From the NCBI GenBank assembly GCA_036566425.1, contig DATCWI010000086.1, forward strand, positions 9,997 to 73,996: DNA of 64,000 nt. The letters run 5' to 3'. Below, in pieces: positions 48,227 through 58,434 of this stretch. Numbering within the stretch: position 1 is the first letter of the stretch; the number at the start of each line of letters is the position of its first letter. The notes beneath the pieces are model-generated. The model was not told the origin of the DNA and did not search any database. It worked only from the letters and a program-made list of their open reading frames with translations. A program made the position numbers and the translations under genes. Origin of the DNA: Nitrososphaera sp. (GTDB lineage: Archaea > Thermoproteota > Nitrososphaeria > Nitrososphaerales > Nitrososphaeraceae).

Positions 48227-50110
48227 ATGCCCAATCCAATTCTAACAATTGGCCTAGCATTGATGTTTTTATTTACATTGGGACATAATTTTGCAGCTGC
48301 CCAAGAAGCTGAGATTACAGGGGCAGGGCCCTCCGTAAATGACAGCAGTCTTACAGTTGAGCAAGTTACGGGTGGATTGATATCTCCAACTACTATGGCT
48401 TTCTTAGATGAAGACACCATACTAGTGCTTGAAAAAGATAACGGCAGAGTGAGGGCGATTGAAAATGGTATGCTTCAGCCAGAGCTACTTCTTGATGTAG
48501 CAGTTGCAAATGATGGTGAAAGAGGATTGCTGGGCGCTGCTGTTTCAAGAGAAAACGAGTCAACTACCTACGTCTTTTTGTATTTCACTGAATCTGGTGG
48601 AGGGGTTGATGGTGATGATATACAGGGAGTGTCACCTGCAGGCAATCGCCTCTACCGATATGAGCTGCAGGGGGGTCAGCTTGTAAATCCTCTGCTCTTG
48701 CTTGACCTGCCCGCCCTCCCTGGACCGCGTTATAATGGCGGACCCGTTGTTATTGGTCCAGACAACAATGTCTATGTCATTATCGGCGATGTCGAAGGCC
48801 ATAATACAATGGTCCAAAATTTTGGGAATGGGTCTGAACCCGATGGGACAAGTGGAATACTAAGGGTCGGTAAAAATGGGGAAGATCCTGAGCCCATCAT
48901 TGGAACTGGCGCCTTTGGCAAATACTACTTTGCATATGGTATGCGCAGCAGTTATGGTATGGACTTTGATCCCATGACAGGTCTACTATGGGATACTGAG
49001 AACGGTGCACCGTTTGTCGATGAGATAAACTTGGTTGGTGCAGGCTTTAACAGTGGGTGGAAAATCGTACAGGGAATGGTGCCACAAGACTACAACCTGA
49101 CAGGCCTTGTGATGTTTAACGGAGAGAGTCACTACAGTAACCCTGAGTTTACATGGACAGAGCCGGTTAATCCTACTGCACTTGAATTTCTTTCTTCAAG
49201 TGCACTTGGCGAAGAATATGAGAACGATATGTTTGTAGGTGACGCTAGCAATGGTACAATCTACCGCTTTGAGCTAACTGAAAACAGGTCTGCACTTGCT
49301 CTTGAAGGTGTGCTCGACGATACAGTAGCAAATACTCCTGAAGAAGCGGAGAATGCTGTCTTTGGTACGGGCTTTGGAGGTATAACGGACATCAAGACAG
49401 GCCCTGATGGCTATCTGTATATTCTATCCTTTGCAGAAGGTGCATTATTCCGAGTTGCTCCTATTGCCGATACATTGTCGCAGACAGCAGAAGGTGCTGC
49501 GGAACTGATTGTTAGAGCGGCTGATCTATCGGGTGATACAATAACGGGAGTATATATTGTCATTGAAGCAACCAACGGAACTACTCTGATGGAAGGCCAT
49601 GCTCCCTTGACATTTGTTGGAACTGCGGGATCTACATACACTGTCACAGTACCTGTTCTTGGCAACATGGAGTTTGACCAGTGGGATAATGGAGCTACCG
49701 ATAGAACAAGATCCATAACTCTTGACCAAGACAACAATACCATTACAGCGTATCTAGAAGTTGATTCAACAAGTGCCAATACTACTCTAGATTCACGTAC
49801 CATTATCATACAAAGGTTTGCAGATGTTGTAGATCAAGACAATTGCTTTGATACTGAGGACGCAAGGAGATTGAATATGGTGATTGGAAATATAGTTCAA
49901 AATATGTTTAGCGAAAGTGAAGGAGGCAGCAATCAGCTACAACAGGAGATAAACAAGCTTGTCGTTCCAGATTGCCCCGTTGTTGACACTAGCGCCACTG
50001 AAGTGGGTCAAGGCAACGCCAGTCCTAACACAGAACCAAGTGAACCAAGCGGCGATGAGGGAGATGAAGAACCAAGCGGCGATGAGGGAGATGAAGAGGA
50101 AGAGGAATAA
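48227..50110 (+). CDS. Secreted PQQ-dependent glucose/sorbosone dehydrogenase-like beta-propeller with C-terminal extension
   Basis: Signal peptide; 'GERGLLG', 'NGG.V.IGPD', 'FAYGMR', 'WDTENG..DEIN..GFNSGW', 'GPDGYLY'. 27-bp tandem repeat at 50042-50095 in the acidic tail. Confidence 0.88.
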   Translation: MPNPILTIGLALMFLFTLGHNFAAAQEAEITGAGPSVNDSSLTVEQVTGGLISPTTMAFLDEDTILVLEKDNGRVRAIENGMLQPELLLDVAVANDGERGLLGAAVSRENESTTYVFLYFTESGGGVDGDDIQGVSPAGNRLYRYELQGGQLVNPLLLLDLPALPGPRYNGGPVVIGPDNNVYVIIGDVEGHNTMVQNFGNGSEPDGTSGILRVGKNGEDPEPIIGTGAFGKYYFAYGMRSSYGMDFDPMTGLLWDTENGAPFVDEINLVGAGFNSGWKIVQGMVPQDYNLTGLVMFNGESHYSNPEFTWTEPVNPTALEFLSSSALGEEYENDMFVGDASNGTIYRFELTENRSALALEGVLDDTVANTPEEAENAVFGTGFGGITDIKTGPDGYLYILSFAEGALFRVAPIADTLSQTAEGAAELIVRAADLSGDTITGVYIVIEATNGTTLMEGHAPLTFVGTAGSTYTVTVPVLGNMEFDQWDNGATDRTRSITLDQDNNTITAYLEVDSTSANTTLDSRTIIIQRFADVVDQDNCFDTEDARRLNMVIGNIVQNMFSESEGGSNQLQQEINKLVVPDCPVVDTSATEVGQGNASPNTEPSEPSGDEGDEEPSGDEGDEEEEE

Positions 50111-50134
50111 GACGATGGATTTTGTGACGTGTAG

Positions 50135-51598
50135 CTAGTCCTCTTTCAACTTTTTCTGTATCATCTCTAGTACAATCTTTGGATCTGCCTTACCTTTTGT
50201 GATCTTCATTACTTTGCCAAGCAGAAAGTTTGCAACATTGGTATTGCGCCTTGCATCCTGAACTGCTGCCTGCTCCATCTCAAAGACTGATTGAACTGCT
50301 TGGGTCAGTACACTGACGTCGTCAATTCTGTTGGCCTGCATCTTCTTTGCCAATGCAGAAGGCATCTCGCCTGTTCTTACTGTTTGACCAAGGATCTGCT
50401 TGGCAGTAGCTCTGTTTACCATATTTTGATCGACTAGTCTAGCTAGATCGGCTATATGCTCTGGTCCCACTTTGAGTCCTGCAAACAGGGAGTGTTCCTT
50501 TTCTTTCTCTTCTTCTTTTTTGGTTCGTTCGTCTATAAAGCTCATTAGATCAGTTACTATCCAGTTGGCTATCTCTTTTGGTGACAAGTACACCGCAATA
50601 GTGGATTCAAAGAAGTCAGCAAGTTCCTTGTTCCCTATAATCACTTGTGCGATATGATCTGATAGGCCATAATCTGACATGAAACGCTCCTTGCGCTTGT
50701 CTGGAAGCTCTGGCATTGATTGCTTGATAAATGAAACAAATTCACTTCCAAGAACCACCATTGGAATATCCGGCTCGGGAAAGTAACGGTAGTCTTGTTC
50801 CTCTTCTTTTGTCCTCGATTCTTTTGTCACTTTTCTTGCATCATCCCAGTGACGAGTCTCTGACCTAACTTGGATCTCGCGAGACGCCATTGTTCTCTGT
50901 CTTGTGATTTCATAACGCAATGCCTTTTCTACATCCGCAAATGAGCTAATGTTCTTAATTTCGACCTTGTTGCCACCGTCAACTGATACATTGGCATCAC
51001 AGCGTACAGATCCCTCAAGCTTTGTGTCACATACCTCAAGATGCTCTATTATAGAAGTTATTTTGTCAAGGAACATACGCACCTCCTTTGGGTCAATGAA
51101 GTCCGGCTCTGTCACTATTTCCACAAGTGGCACCCCTGCTCTATTGTAATCAATCAAGACATAAACGCTGGTATCCAAACTGCCACTTGCATAAACAAGT
51201 CTGCCGGGGTCTTCTTCCAGCTGTACGCGTCTTATTCTTGCATCCTTGCTACTAATGTACTCTAGCTTGCCGTTTACGCCAATGCTCGTTATATTGTATG
51301 CGTTATATTGTGTAAGTTGGAAGTTTTTGGGTAAATCAGGGTAAAAGTAGTTTTTTCGATAGAATGCAATTTCATCTGGGAGTTTGCAGCCAAGAGCAAG
51401 ACTGATCATAGCAGCAAACTCGACAGTCTTTTTATTCAAAAGCGGTAATGTTCCTGGCAGCCCAGCACATATGGGGCAGATATTTGTGTTTGGAGCCTTT
51501 CCTCTGTAGTCCGAACTACATCTGCAGAATAGTTTGCTCTTGGCACCTGTGAGTTGACAATGAATTTCAAGTCCTATCTTAGTAGTAATAGTAGTCAT
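50135..51598 (-). CDS. gatB: Asp-tRNA(Asn)/Glu-tRNA(Gln) amidotransferase subunit B
   Basis: 'IGLEIHCQL', 'RKNYFYPDLPK', 'DYNRAGVPLVEIVTEP', 'DYRYFPEPD'. Confidence 0.97.
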   Translation of the reverse strand: MTTITTKIGLEIHCQLTGAKSKLFCRCSSDYRGKAPNTNICPICAGLPGTLPLLNKKTVEFAAMISLALGCKLPDEIAFYRKNYFYPDLPKNFQLTQYNAYNITSIGVNGKLEYISSKDARIRRVQLEEDPGRLVYASGSLDTSVYVLIDYNRAGVPLVEIVTEPDFIDPKEVRMFLDKITSIIEHLEVCDTKLEGSVRCDANVSVDGGNKVEIKNISSFADVEKALRYEITRQRTMASREIQVRSETRHWDDARKVTKESRTKEEEQDYRYFPEPDIPMVVLGSEFVSFIKQSMPELPDKRKERFMSDYGLSDHIAQVIIGNKELADFFESTIAVYLSPKEIANWIVTDLMSFIDERTKKEEEKEKEHSLFAGLKVGPEHIADLARLVDQNMVNRATAKQILGQTVRTGEMPSALAKKMQANRIDDVSVLTQAVQSVFEMEQAAVQDARRNTNVANFLLGKVMKITKGKADPKIVLEMIQKKLKED

Positions 51599-53043
51599 TA
51601 CAGATCAGGGCTCCTTTGCACTTTTGCAGCCTGCTCAAATGAATATGCTACATCAAGCAAAGTTTGTTCGGCAAATTGGTCTGCAATTATCTGCAAGCCT
51701 ACAGGCAAACCCTCAACAAATCCTGCAGGAACCGATATTGCAGGCATGCCAGTGAGGTTTGCTACAACTGTGTCAATATCGACAAGATACATCTTGAGTG
51801 GGTCGTCAATTCTTTCACCTATTTTGAACGGAAGTATGGGCATGGTAGGCCCTATTACGACATCATACCTTTGAAAAAGATTCTTCATCTCATGCTTTAG
51901 AAGTGAGCGCGCTTGGTGTGCCTTCATATAATACTTGCCATAATATCCAGAAGAAAGCACATACGATCCAACAATTATCCTCCTTTTTGCCTCTTCGCCG
52001 AAGTTGCTGCGTGCCCTAGCAAAATAGCTGTTCCATTCATAGCCTTCAGGGTTCATATCAAATCCGTAGCGGATGTTATCGTAACGTGCTAGATTACTAC
52101 TTGCTTCTGCAGTTGCAATTGTATAGTAGGAGGCAAGGGCATACTGCACAGAGGGAAGGGATACTTCTTCGCAGTTGCAGTCCTGCTTCCTTAGTGTGTC
52201 TGCAGCTTTGTAGATCACCTTGGATACTGCTGAGTCTGCACCTTTAATGAACTCCGTGACAAGACCTACGCGTAACCCATTTGTTTCTTTTAGCAAATAT
52301 GTGGGTTTGCTGTCATTGGCCGTAGTAGTGTGATCGTTTTCATCGGATCCTGCTATCACATTTAGAACGGAAACCACATCCGATACAGTCCTGCCAACTG
52401 GTCCTATTTGCTCTAGACTGTTTGCATACGATACAAGCCCAAACCTGCTCACAAGACCATATGTAGGTTTGAGCCCAACTGCGGAGCAAAAACTGGCAGG
52501 ACATCTAACGGAGCCTCCTGTGTCTGAGCCAAGCGATGCAGTGCATTCAAGGGCAGCCACGCTTGCTGCGCTTCCGCCTGACGAGCCACCCGATACCCTA
52601 CTGATATCCCACGGGTTTCTAGTGGGGCCATATCGGCTAAATTCTGTAGTAGAACCCATTGCAAACTCATCGAGGTTTGCTTTGCCGATTATGATTGCAT
52701 CGGCAGTCATCAGTCGCTTGATCACTGTTGCATCGTATGCAGAGACATAACTTTCGAGCATCTTTGAGGCACATGTAGTTTTCATCCCTTTTGTGCAAAT
52801 ATTGTCCTTGATACTAAATGCGACTCCTGCAAGCGGGCCACTTTGCTTGCCTTCTCTGATCTTTTTATCGAGCCTGCGCGCTCTATTAAGCCCCTCTTCT
52901 TTGTTGAGTGTGACTAAGGCATTTATCTTAGGTTCTACTTTTTCAATTCTCTCAAAGATCTGGGAGATATATTCCTCAACAGAAAATTCTCTGTTTTTGA
53001 TACCTTGGACAACCTGCTCTACGTGAAGAGTATCAAGTGTCAA
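51598..53043 (-). CDS. gatA: Amidotransferase subunit A
   Basis: Amidase signature 'GGSSGGSAA..LGSDTGGSVRCPA'; 'SSNLARYD'. Confidence 0.97.
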   Translation of the reverse strand: MTLDTLHVEQVVQGIKNREFSVEEYISQIFERIEKVEPKINALVTLNKEEGLNRARRLDKKIREGKQSGPLAGVAFSIKDNICTKGMKTTCASKMLESYVSAYDATVIKRLMTADAIIIGKANLDEFAMGSTTEFSRYGPTRNPWDISRVSGGSSGGSAASVAALECTASLGSDTGGSVRCPASFCSAVGLKPTYGLVSRFGLVSYANSLEQIGPVGRTVSDVVSVLNVIAGSDENDHTTTANDSKPTYLLKETNGLRVGLVTEFIKGADSAVSKVIYKAADTLRKQDCNCEEVSLPSVQYALASYYTIATAEASSNLARYDNIRYGFDMNPEGYEWNSYFARARSNFGEEAKRRIIVGSYVLSSGYYGKYYMKAHQARSLLKHEMKNLFQRYDVVIGPTMPILPFKIGERIDDPLKMYLVDIDTVVANLTGMPAISVPAGFVEGLPVGLQIIADQFAEQTLLDVAYSFEQAAKVQRSPDL

Positions 53044-53044
53044 T

Positions 53045-53317
53045 TCAGACCATCCTCGGACCCTTCACAAAGCCGTCCTTCATGTATGCTGTCCCAAGCA
53101 CACGGTCCTCAAAGGTCTCAGGAGTATCTTTCCGAAGTTCTGAAAACTTCTTTTTCAGCATTATCGGTTCGACCTGTTCAAGAGGCATCGTGTCCAGCTT
53201 GTTCAAGTAGTTTACTATATCTTCTATTTGTGCCGTATAGCGCTGTAGCTCTGAGTCTGACATCTCGAGCTTTGCAAGCCATCCAAGATGCTTTACTTCT
53301 TCTATTGTAACTACCAT
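53045..53317 (-). CDS. gatC: Amidotransferase subunit C
   Basis: 'EVKHLGWLAKL', 'LRKD', 'GFVKGPR'; operon position. Confidence 0.92.
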   Translation of the reverse strand: MVVTIEEVKHLGWLAKLEMSDSELQRYTAQIEDIVNYLNKLDTMPLEQVEPIMLKKKFSELRKDTPETFEDRVLGTAYMKDGFVKGPRMV

Positions 53318-53324
53318 ATTACTA

Positions 53325-54665
53325 TCATGGCGCCAGCCTGTCTATGTCTCTTGGATAAAGTGTAACATCGCGTATATTTTCAACTTTTGTTAATGCCATC
53401 ATAAGCCGCTCAAGGCCAAGACCAAAGCCAGCGTGTGGTGGAACCCCATAATCAAATACTCGCAGATGATAGTCAAACGCTTCAGGCTTTAAACCCTGCT
53501 TTGCCATTCGCTCTATAAGCTGATCTTTATGATTTATTCTGGTACTGCCTGAAGAAACTTCAAGTACCCCATACATTAGGTCAAATGACTCGCATATCCT
53601 ACTGTCTTCGGTGCTTGGCTTGATATAAAATGGCTTGGTCGAAGTTGGCCAGTCAATTATGAAGTAAAAGTCATCTAGGTATTCATGTTTTAGGCTCTTC
53701 ATAATCTGTGGGGTAATGTCATCTCCCCACTGTATGCGCTCACCTGCCTCCTGCAATTTATCAATGATGTAAGAATAACTGTATTTCGAAAACGGCATAC
53801 CCGTGGACGGTAACTGAAGCTGTAGATACTTCAGATCATCTTGATTCTTTTCTTTGAGTGTATCCAATATATTTAATATCATCCTCTCGAGCAGGGACAT
53901 AATGTCATTATAATCAACAAACGCACGCTCGACATCGATTGAAATTGCCTCGGATAAATGTCTGTTGGTGCGGGAAGGTTCTGCACGGAAAATAGGCCCT
54001 ATCTCAAATACACTTTCAAATGCCATTGTTAACTGTTCTTTGTATAGCTGAGGGCTCTGCGCAAGGAATGCTTCTCTGTCATAATAGAATATCGGAAAAA
54101 GTGCTGCTCCGCCTTCAGTTGCGGTAGCTATCATTTTAGGTGTATTTACTTCAATGAATTTCTCCGCTGAGAGAAATGCTCTGACAGAATTTAGCACGGT
54201 TTGACGAATACGAAATATCGATCCAAGGTAATTGCGCCGCAGATCAACTGCTCGGAGATCAAGTCGAGTATCAATGCCTACAGTTGAGGTCCTACTCTGA
54301 ACAAGAAAAGGTGCCGCCTTTCTTGCTATTGAAAATATCCTAATCTCAGTTGGAACTATTTCAGCGCCATTTGGAGCCTTTTCCTGAGGCCTCGCCTTAC
54401 CGCGTACTCCTATAGAGCTGTGCTCCTTGACCTCTTTGGCCAGTTGGAAAAGCGAATCACTGCATTCACTCTTCTTCACAGTGATCTGGATTTCCCCATA
54501 CATATCCCGCAATATGATAAACTGGATGTTACCGTGATCTCTTATACTGGCGACCCAACCCATGATAACGACTTCGTCGTCTATTCTCATAGAGAGGCTT
54601 ATATCTTTGGAATAGTGAGTTCTTCGCCAATTTCTAAGATCCTCTTCCTGCAGCAATTCGTTCAA
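53325..54665 (-). CDS. aspS: Aspartyl-tRNA synthetase, archaeal, likely non-discriminating
   Basis: 'LAQSPQLYK', 'FRAE', 'PPHAGFGLGLER'; co-located with gatCAB. Confidence 0.96.
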   Translation of the reverse strand: MNELLQEEDLRNWRRTHYSKDISLSMRIDDEVVIMGWVASIRDHGNIQFIILRDMYGEIQITVKKSECSDSLFQLAKEVKEHSSIGVRGKARPQEKAPNGAEIVPTEIRIFSIARKAAPFLVQSRTSTVGIDTRLDLRAVDLRRNYLGSIFRIRQTVLNSVRAFLSAEKFIEVNTPKMIATATEGGAALFPIFYYDREAFLAQSPQLYKEQLTMAFESVFEIGPIFRAEPSRTNRHLSEAISIDVERAFVDYNDIMSLLERMILNILDTLKEKNQDDLKYLQLQLPSTGMPFSKYSYSYIIDKLQEAGERIQWGDDITPQIMKSLKHEYLDDFYFIIDWPTSTKPFYIKPSTEDSRICESFDLMYGVLEVSSGSTRINHKDQLIERMAKQGLKPEAFDYHLRVFDYGVPPHAGFGLGLERLMMALTKVENIRDVTLYPRDIDRLAP

Positions 54666-54761
54666 TTACGCAGGGTATATTGAAGAGGTTAATTTAACCT
54701 TACCAGCATTTGCATCAATATACTATGGTGATAGAAGAGTGGCTAACAGACGGAATTGAGG

Positions 54762-55703
54762 CTAACCTAAAACTTCTCTTGAGATGCTGTCGAGCACTCT
54801 GCTGACGGCTTGTTTCTGGACAATACCGGTTACAAAGTGGGGTTTTCCTCCTCCACGGCCATCTGTGCCCGCAAATTGCCTAAACATTTTGTTCAAGTCG
54901 ACTCCTTCAATTTTTTCATTGCGAGCAAAAACTATGTTTGCTCTCTCGTTGGAGATGTTCGCAAGAAGGACTAGAGTGCCTGGATTTAAAATTATTTTCC
55001 CTGCAAATTCTTGGAGTTGATCGTCTGACAGGTTCTCAAATATCCCTTTTAGGAGTGTTACACTACCACTTCTGATTGGCTGCATATTGGATAGCTTTTC
55101 CCTACTAAGCGCTTCTAATTTTCTAGTATTAATTTCATTTTCAGATCTGAGCTTTTGTGCAGTATTTTCAATGGTGTTAATGTTGGCTCGAAGCTCATTA
55201 CAGACCCTTAATAGCTTGGACGACAAAGCTATAGCTGTATCCTTGGCTTGGCGGCTAACAACAAAGTCAACTTCATATTCCTTCCCACTTTTTGAGACTC
55301 GCGTGACTAGAAAAAAATCGCATTCTTGCAGATTGTTGGCATGGGCCATTGAGCAAGCCGATATATCATGATTTTCGATCTCTACAACTTTGACCTCAGA
55401 AGGAGTTGTTGCTGATATTCTTTCCTCGTTTGCACGCAAGTTAGGAATCTCGCGCTGTGCTTCCTCAAGGGAGGAAAATATGTATGTCATTACTCTGCGG
55501 CCTCTGGCGATAAGTGAATTAACCTCTGTTTCTGCCTTAATCACAATATCAAGATCAAGCTGCGGAACCTCAATGAAGGCCGTATTGTTATAGCCCGATT
55601 CTTTGTGCTCCACTTTTCTGACCTTCAGGGTCTGGCCGAGTAATTTCTGTAGCGATCCGATGAATGCATGCTCTGCAGTGTGAGCTAGTCTGTTGTCACT
55701 CAA
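54762..55703 (-). CDS. AlaX-like tRNA editing protein with C-terminal DHHA1/C-Ala domain
   Basis: HxxxH 'HTAEH', CxxxH 'CSMAH', 'GRGGGKP'. Confidence 0.8.
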   Translation of the reverse strand: MSDNRLAHTAEHAFIGSLQKLLGQTLKVRKVEHKESGYNNTAFIEVPQLDLDIVIKAETEVNSLIARGRRVMTYIFSSLEEAQREIPNLRANEERISATTPSEVKVVEIENHDISACSMAHANNLQECDFFLVTRVSKSGKEYEVDFVVSRQAKDTAIALSSKLLRVCNELRANINTIENTAQKLRSENEINTRKLEALSREKLSNMQPIRSGSVTLLKGIFENLSDDQLQEFAGKIILNPGTLVLLANISNERANIVFARNEKIEGVDLNKMFRQFAGTDGRGGGKPHFVTGIVQKQAVSRVLDSISREVLG

Positions 55704-55780
55704 TGAAACAATATGTAAGTAGTCCTAGCTTCAGCTATAAATGCTATTGAGAAGAAATTTTAATCTCTTGTAGTAACCAG

Positions 55781-56845
55781 ATGTTATTGGGTAGAAAAAA
55801 GGTTGCTACTGGCAATAAACTTACGATTGCTACGCTGGGCTCTCATTGTTCATTACAAGTTCTCAGGGGTGCAAAAGACGAAGGATTTAGGACATTGCTT
55901 CTATGCGAGAAACGTCGATTGGGGTTATACTCAAGATTTGGGTTCATTGATGAAATTGTAGAGGTTGACAGTTTTGCAGAGATCCTTGATGATATGTTTC
56001 GCAAACGGCTCAAGCAAGCAGGCTCTGTGCTGATTCCTCATGGCACTTTGATATCCCAGATGAAAAGTGAGGAAATTGAGAAGATAGACATACCCATCTT
56101 TGGCAACAAGTGGATATTGCGATGGGAGGCCGACAGAGATCTCAAAGAAAAGATGATGAAAGAGGCAGGTCTGAAGATTCCCCAGGCAATCAGATCTAAA
56201 AATGATATCGATGGATTATGCATTGTGAAGTTACATGGGGCCGCTGGTGGGCGGGGTTATTACCTTGCATGGAACCGCGAGAGCTTTGAAGAAGGTGCAA
56301 GACGGCTTATTGATCAAAAGATAATCAGAGGAGAAAGCGATCTGTACATTCAGGAATTCATTAGAGGTGTGCCAGTCTATTTGCAGTATTTCTATTCCCC
56401 CATTACTGAAGAAGTTGAGCTTCTGGGAATAGATAGACGATATGAATCAGATATTGACGGCATCGGCAGGATCCCTGCAAAGCAGCAACTTGGTGCAGGC
56501 AGCATTGAACCCTCGTACACTGTCATCGGAAACATACCACTTGTTCTGCGCGAATCATTGCTTGAGGAAGTGTATAAGATAGGCGAAAACTTTGTGCGTG
56601 CTGCAGAACACCTGGTGCCACCTGGTATGCCAGGCCCCTTCTGCCTTGAAGGAGTATATGACAGTGAAGGTAAATTCACAACCTTTGAATTTTCTGCAAG
56701 GATTGTGGCAGGAACGAATCTCTACCTTGACGGTTCACCTTACTCTGGACTGTTATATGACGAGCCCATGAGCATGGGAAGAAGAATAGCACGCGAAGTA
56801 AAGATAGCGAAGAAAAAAGGCAAACTGGATAAAGTAATAACATAA
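55781..56845 (+). CDS. purP: Formate-dependent FAICAR synthetase, PurP family
   Basis: 'IATLGSH', 'PHG', 'GGRGY', 'GIDRRYE', 'GPFCLE', 'FEFSARIVAGTN', 'MSMGRRIAREV'. Confidence 0.92.
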   Translation: MLLGRKKVATGNKLTIATLGSHCSLQVLRGAKDEGFRTLLLCEKRRLGLYSRFGFIDEIVEVDSFAEILDDMFRKRLKQAGSVLIPHGTLISQMKSEEIEKIDIPIFGNKWILRWEADRDLKEKMMKEAGLKIPQAIRSKNDIDGLCIVKLHGAAGGRGYYLAWNRESFEEGARRLIDQKIIRGESDLYIQEFIRGVPVYLQYFYSPITEEVELLGIDRRYESDIDGIGRIPAKQQLGAGSIEPSYTVIGNIPLVLRESLLEEVYKIGENFVRAAEHLVPPGMPGPFCLEGVYDSEGKFTTFEFSARIVAGTNLYLDGSPYSGLLYDEPMSMGRRIAREVKIAKKKGKLDKVIT

Positions 56846-57102
56846 AGTAATAACATAAAACATCATCCTTGTACATTTTTAGATTCTTATTTGCTATGCT
56901 TCCCTCATCCGACAGCGGGGGTTAATTTTTTTTCTTTTGCTGAGAAGATGTTTGAAAGGCGACCCAGAGAAGAGACCTAGAATCTTTTGACAATATATGC
57001 AGACTATAACGTTAAGTGGGTCATAAATTAGATCTTAGTAACATTTAGTCGTGAGATGATCGGTCATAACAATCCTTAAAATGCCCTTATTACTCCTCAC
57101 AA

Positions 57103-58179
57103 ATGTCAATGGCTAGGAATAAGGAGAGGGGTAAGTATACTCGAACGTTTTATGTACGCTCTGTTGTAATCACTGCAGCAATTCTTATGGCAGCTGATGT
57201 AGCTAGTTCTGCATTAATTACACCTAATCTAGTAATAGCATCAATTGATAACACGATAGAAGAAGAAGAAAGAGTTGCAGTAGGAGGGGGCAACATCACT
57301 GTATCGGTCAATCAATTCTTACCCTCATCAGTAGAGATTCAAAGGGGAGAAAGTGTTACATTTTATGCACCGCAAAATTCCACAGAGGTACATAACGTAA
57401 TATTTGACTTAAGCAATGGATCAATAATTTCTAGTTTGGAGTTGCCGTTCGTACTGCCTGAAGGATCTGATCCAGATCAACTGGAACTTGTACCTCCATT
57501 CAATTTTGGAGACTCCATAATTATAGAGCAGCCCGATGGTAGAGAGGCTATAATCACCTTAAATAAGGCTGCATTCTTTCCAACTGTTGCTGACAGAGAG
57601 AATAATACAAGGTATCTGCTTGATGTAGAAGAACTGCAACAGCTAACAGAGGAGGCAACGCAGCAAGGATTGTTTGTGCCACTAAACCTATCAGCCAATT
57701 ATACAATGAATGGAACTGAGACAATAGTCAGCTCGGGCATAATACTAGATGTCAGTGGTTTTCAAGCATTAGAAGAGGAAGGAGAACAATTACCTGCCGC
57801 TAATATTACAACAGCTACTACAGCTACAAATGCTACTGACTCCAATTCGACAGCAGTACCTGAGGAAGAATCCCTACTACTCCCATATCCAATCCTAGAT
57901 AGCTTTACGGTAACTTTTGAAGAGCCTGGCACCTATGAATACTTCTGTGCATTTCATCCCGGGATGTGGGGCGTAGTTACAGTAGCAGGTGAAGAAGAAG
58001 TGGCTGGTGAGGAAGGAGAAGTATCTGCCGCTAATATTACAACAGCTACTACAGCTACAAATGCTACTGACTCCAATGCTACAGCAGTAATAACAACGCC
58101 AATTCCTCCTACCCTGACAAGACAAGAAAATACAACGACAACTGAGGGTGAAGAGGAGGAGGAAGGAGAAGAACCATAA
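57103..58179 (+). CDS. Secreted type-1 copper (cupredoxin) protein with large internal insertion
   Basis: 'F.PSSVEIQRGESVTF..HNV' and 'FEEPGTYEYFCAFHPGM.G.VTV'; duplicated 'AANITTATTATNATDSN' segments (about 57795 and 58026). Confidence 0.8.
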   Translation: MSMARNKERGKYTRTFYVRSVVITAAILMAADVASSALITPNLVIASIDNTIEEEERVAVGGGNITVSVNQFLPSSVEIQRGESVTFYAPQNSTEVHNVIFDLSNGSIISSLELPFVLPEGSDPDQLELVPPFNFGDSIIIEQPDGREAIITLNKAAFFPTVADRENNTRYLLDVEELQQLTEEATQQGLFVPLNLSANYTMNGTETIVSSGIILDVSGFQALEEEGEQLPAANITTATTATNATDSNSTAVPEEESLLLPYPILDSFTVTFEEPGTYEYFCAFHPGMWGVVTVAGEEEVAGEEGEVSAANITTATTATNATDSNATAVITTPIPPTLTRQENTTTTEGEEEEEGEEP

Positions 58180-58434
58180 TTACAGTAAACAAGTACAATG
58201 CCTGCATCGTTGCGAGAATAAAGAGATAAAAGAGCAAGTAATAGAAGTTTTATTTTGCTTACATAACCCCTCTATTTAAATTAGAAAATATATGTGGTTT
58301 TGTACTAGTTCAATACACGTTCTAAGCACTATAGGAGTTCAACGGATCGAAGAAGTAGATGATCTTCATTATTATGTATTGGAGAAGCAAACACTATACA
58401 CATCAAGGCCTAATGACCTGCATTTTCTTATCTC

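Noticed and set aside
56831-56856. 13-bp tandem duplication across the purP stop codon
   Set aside because: Simple slippage duplication with no effect on the protein.
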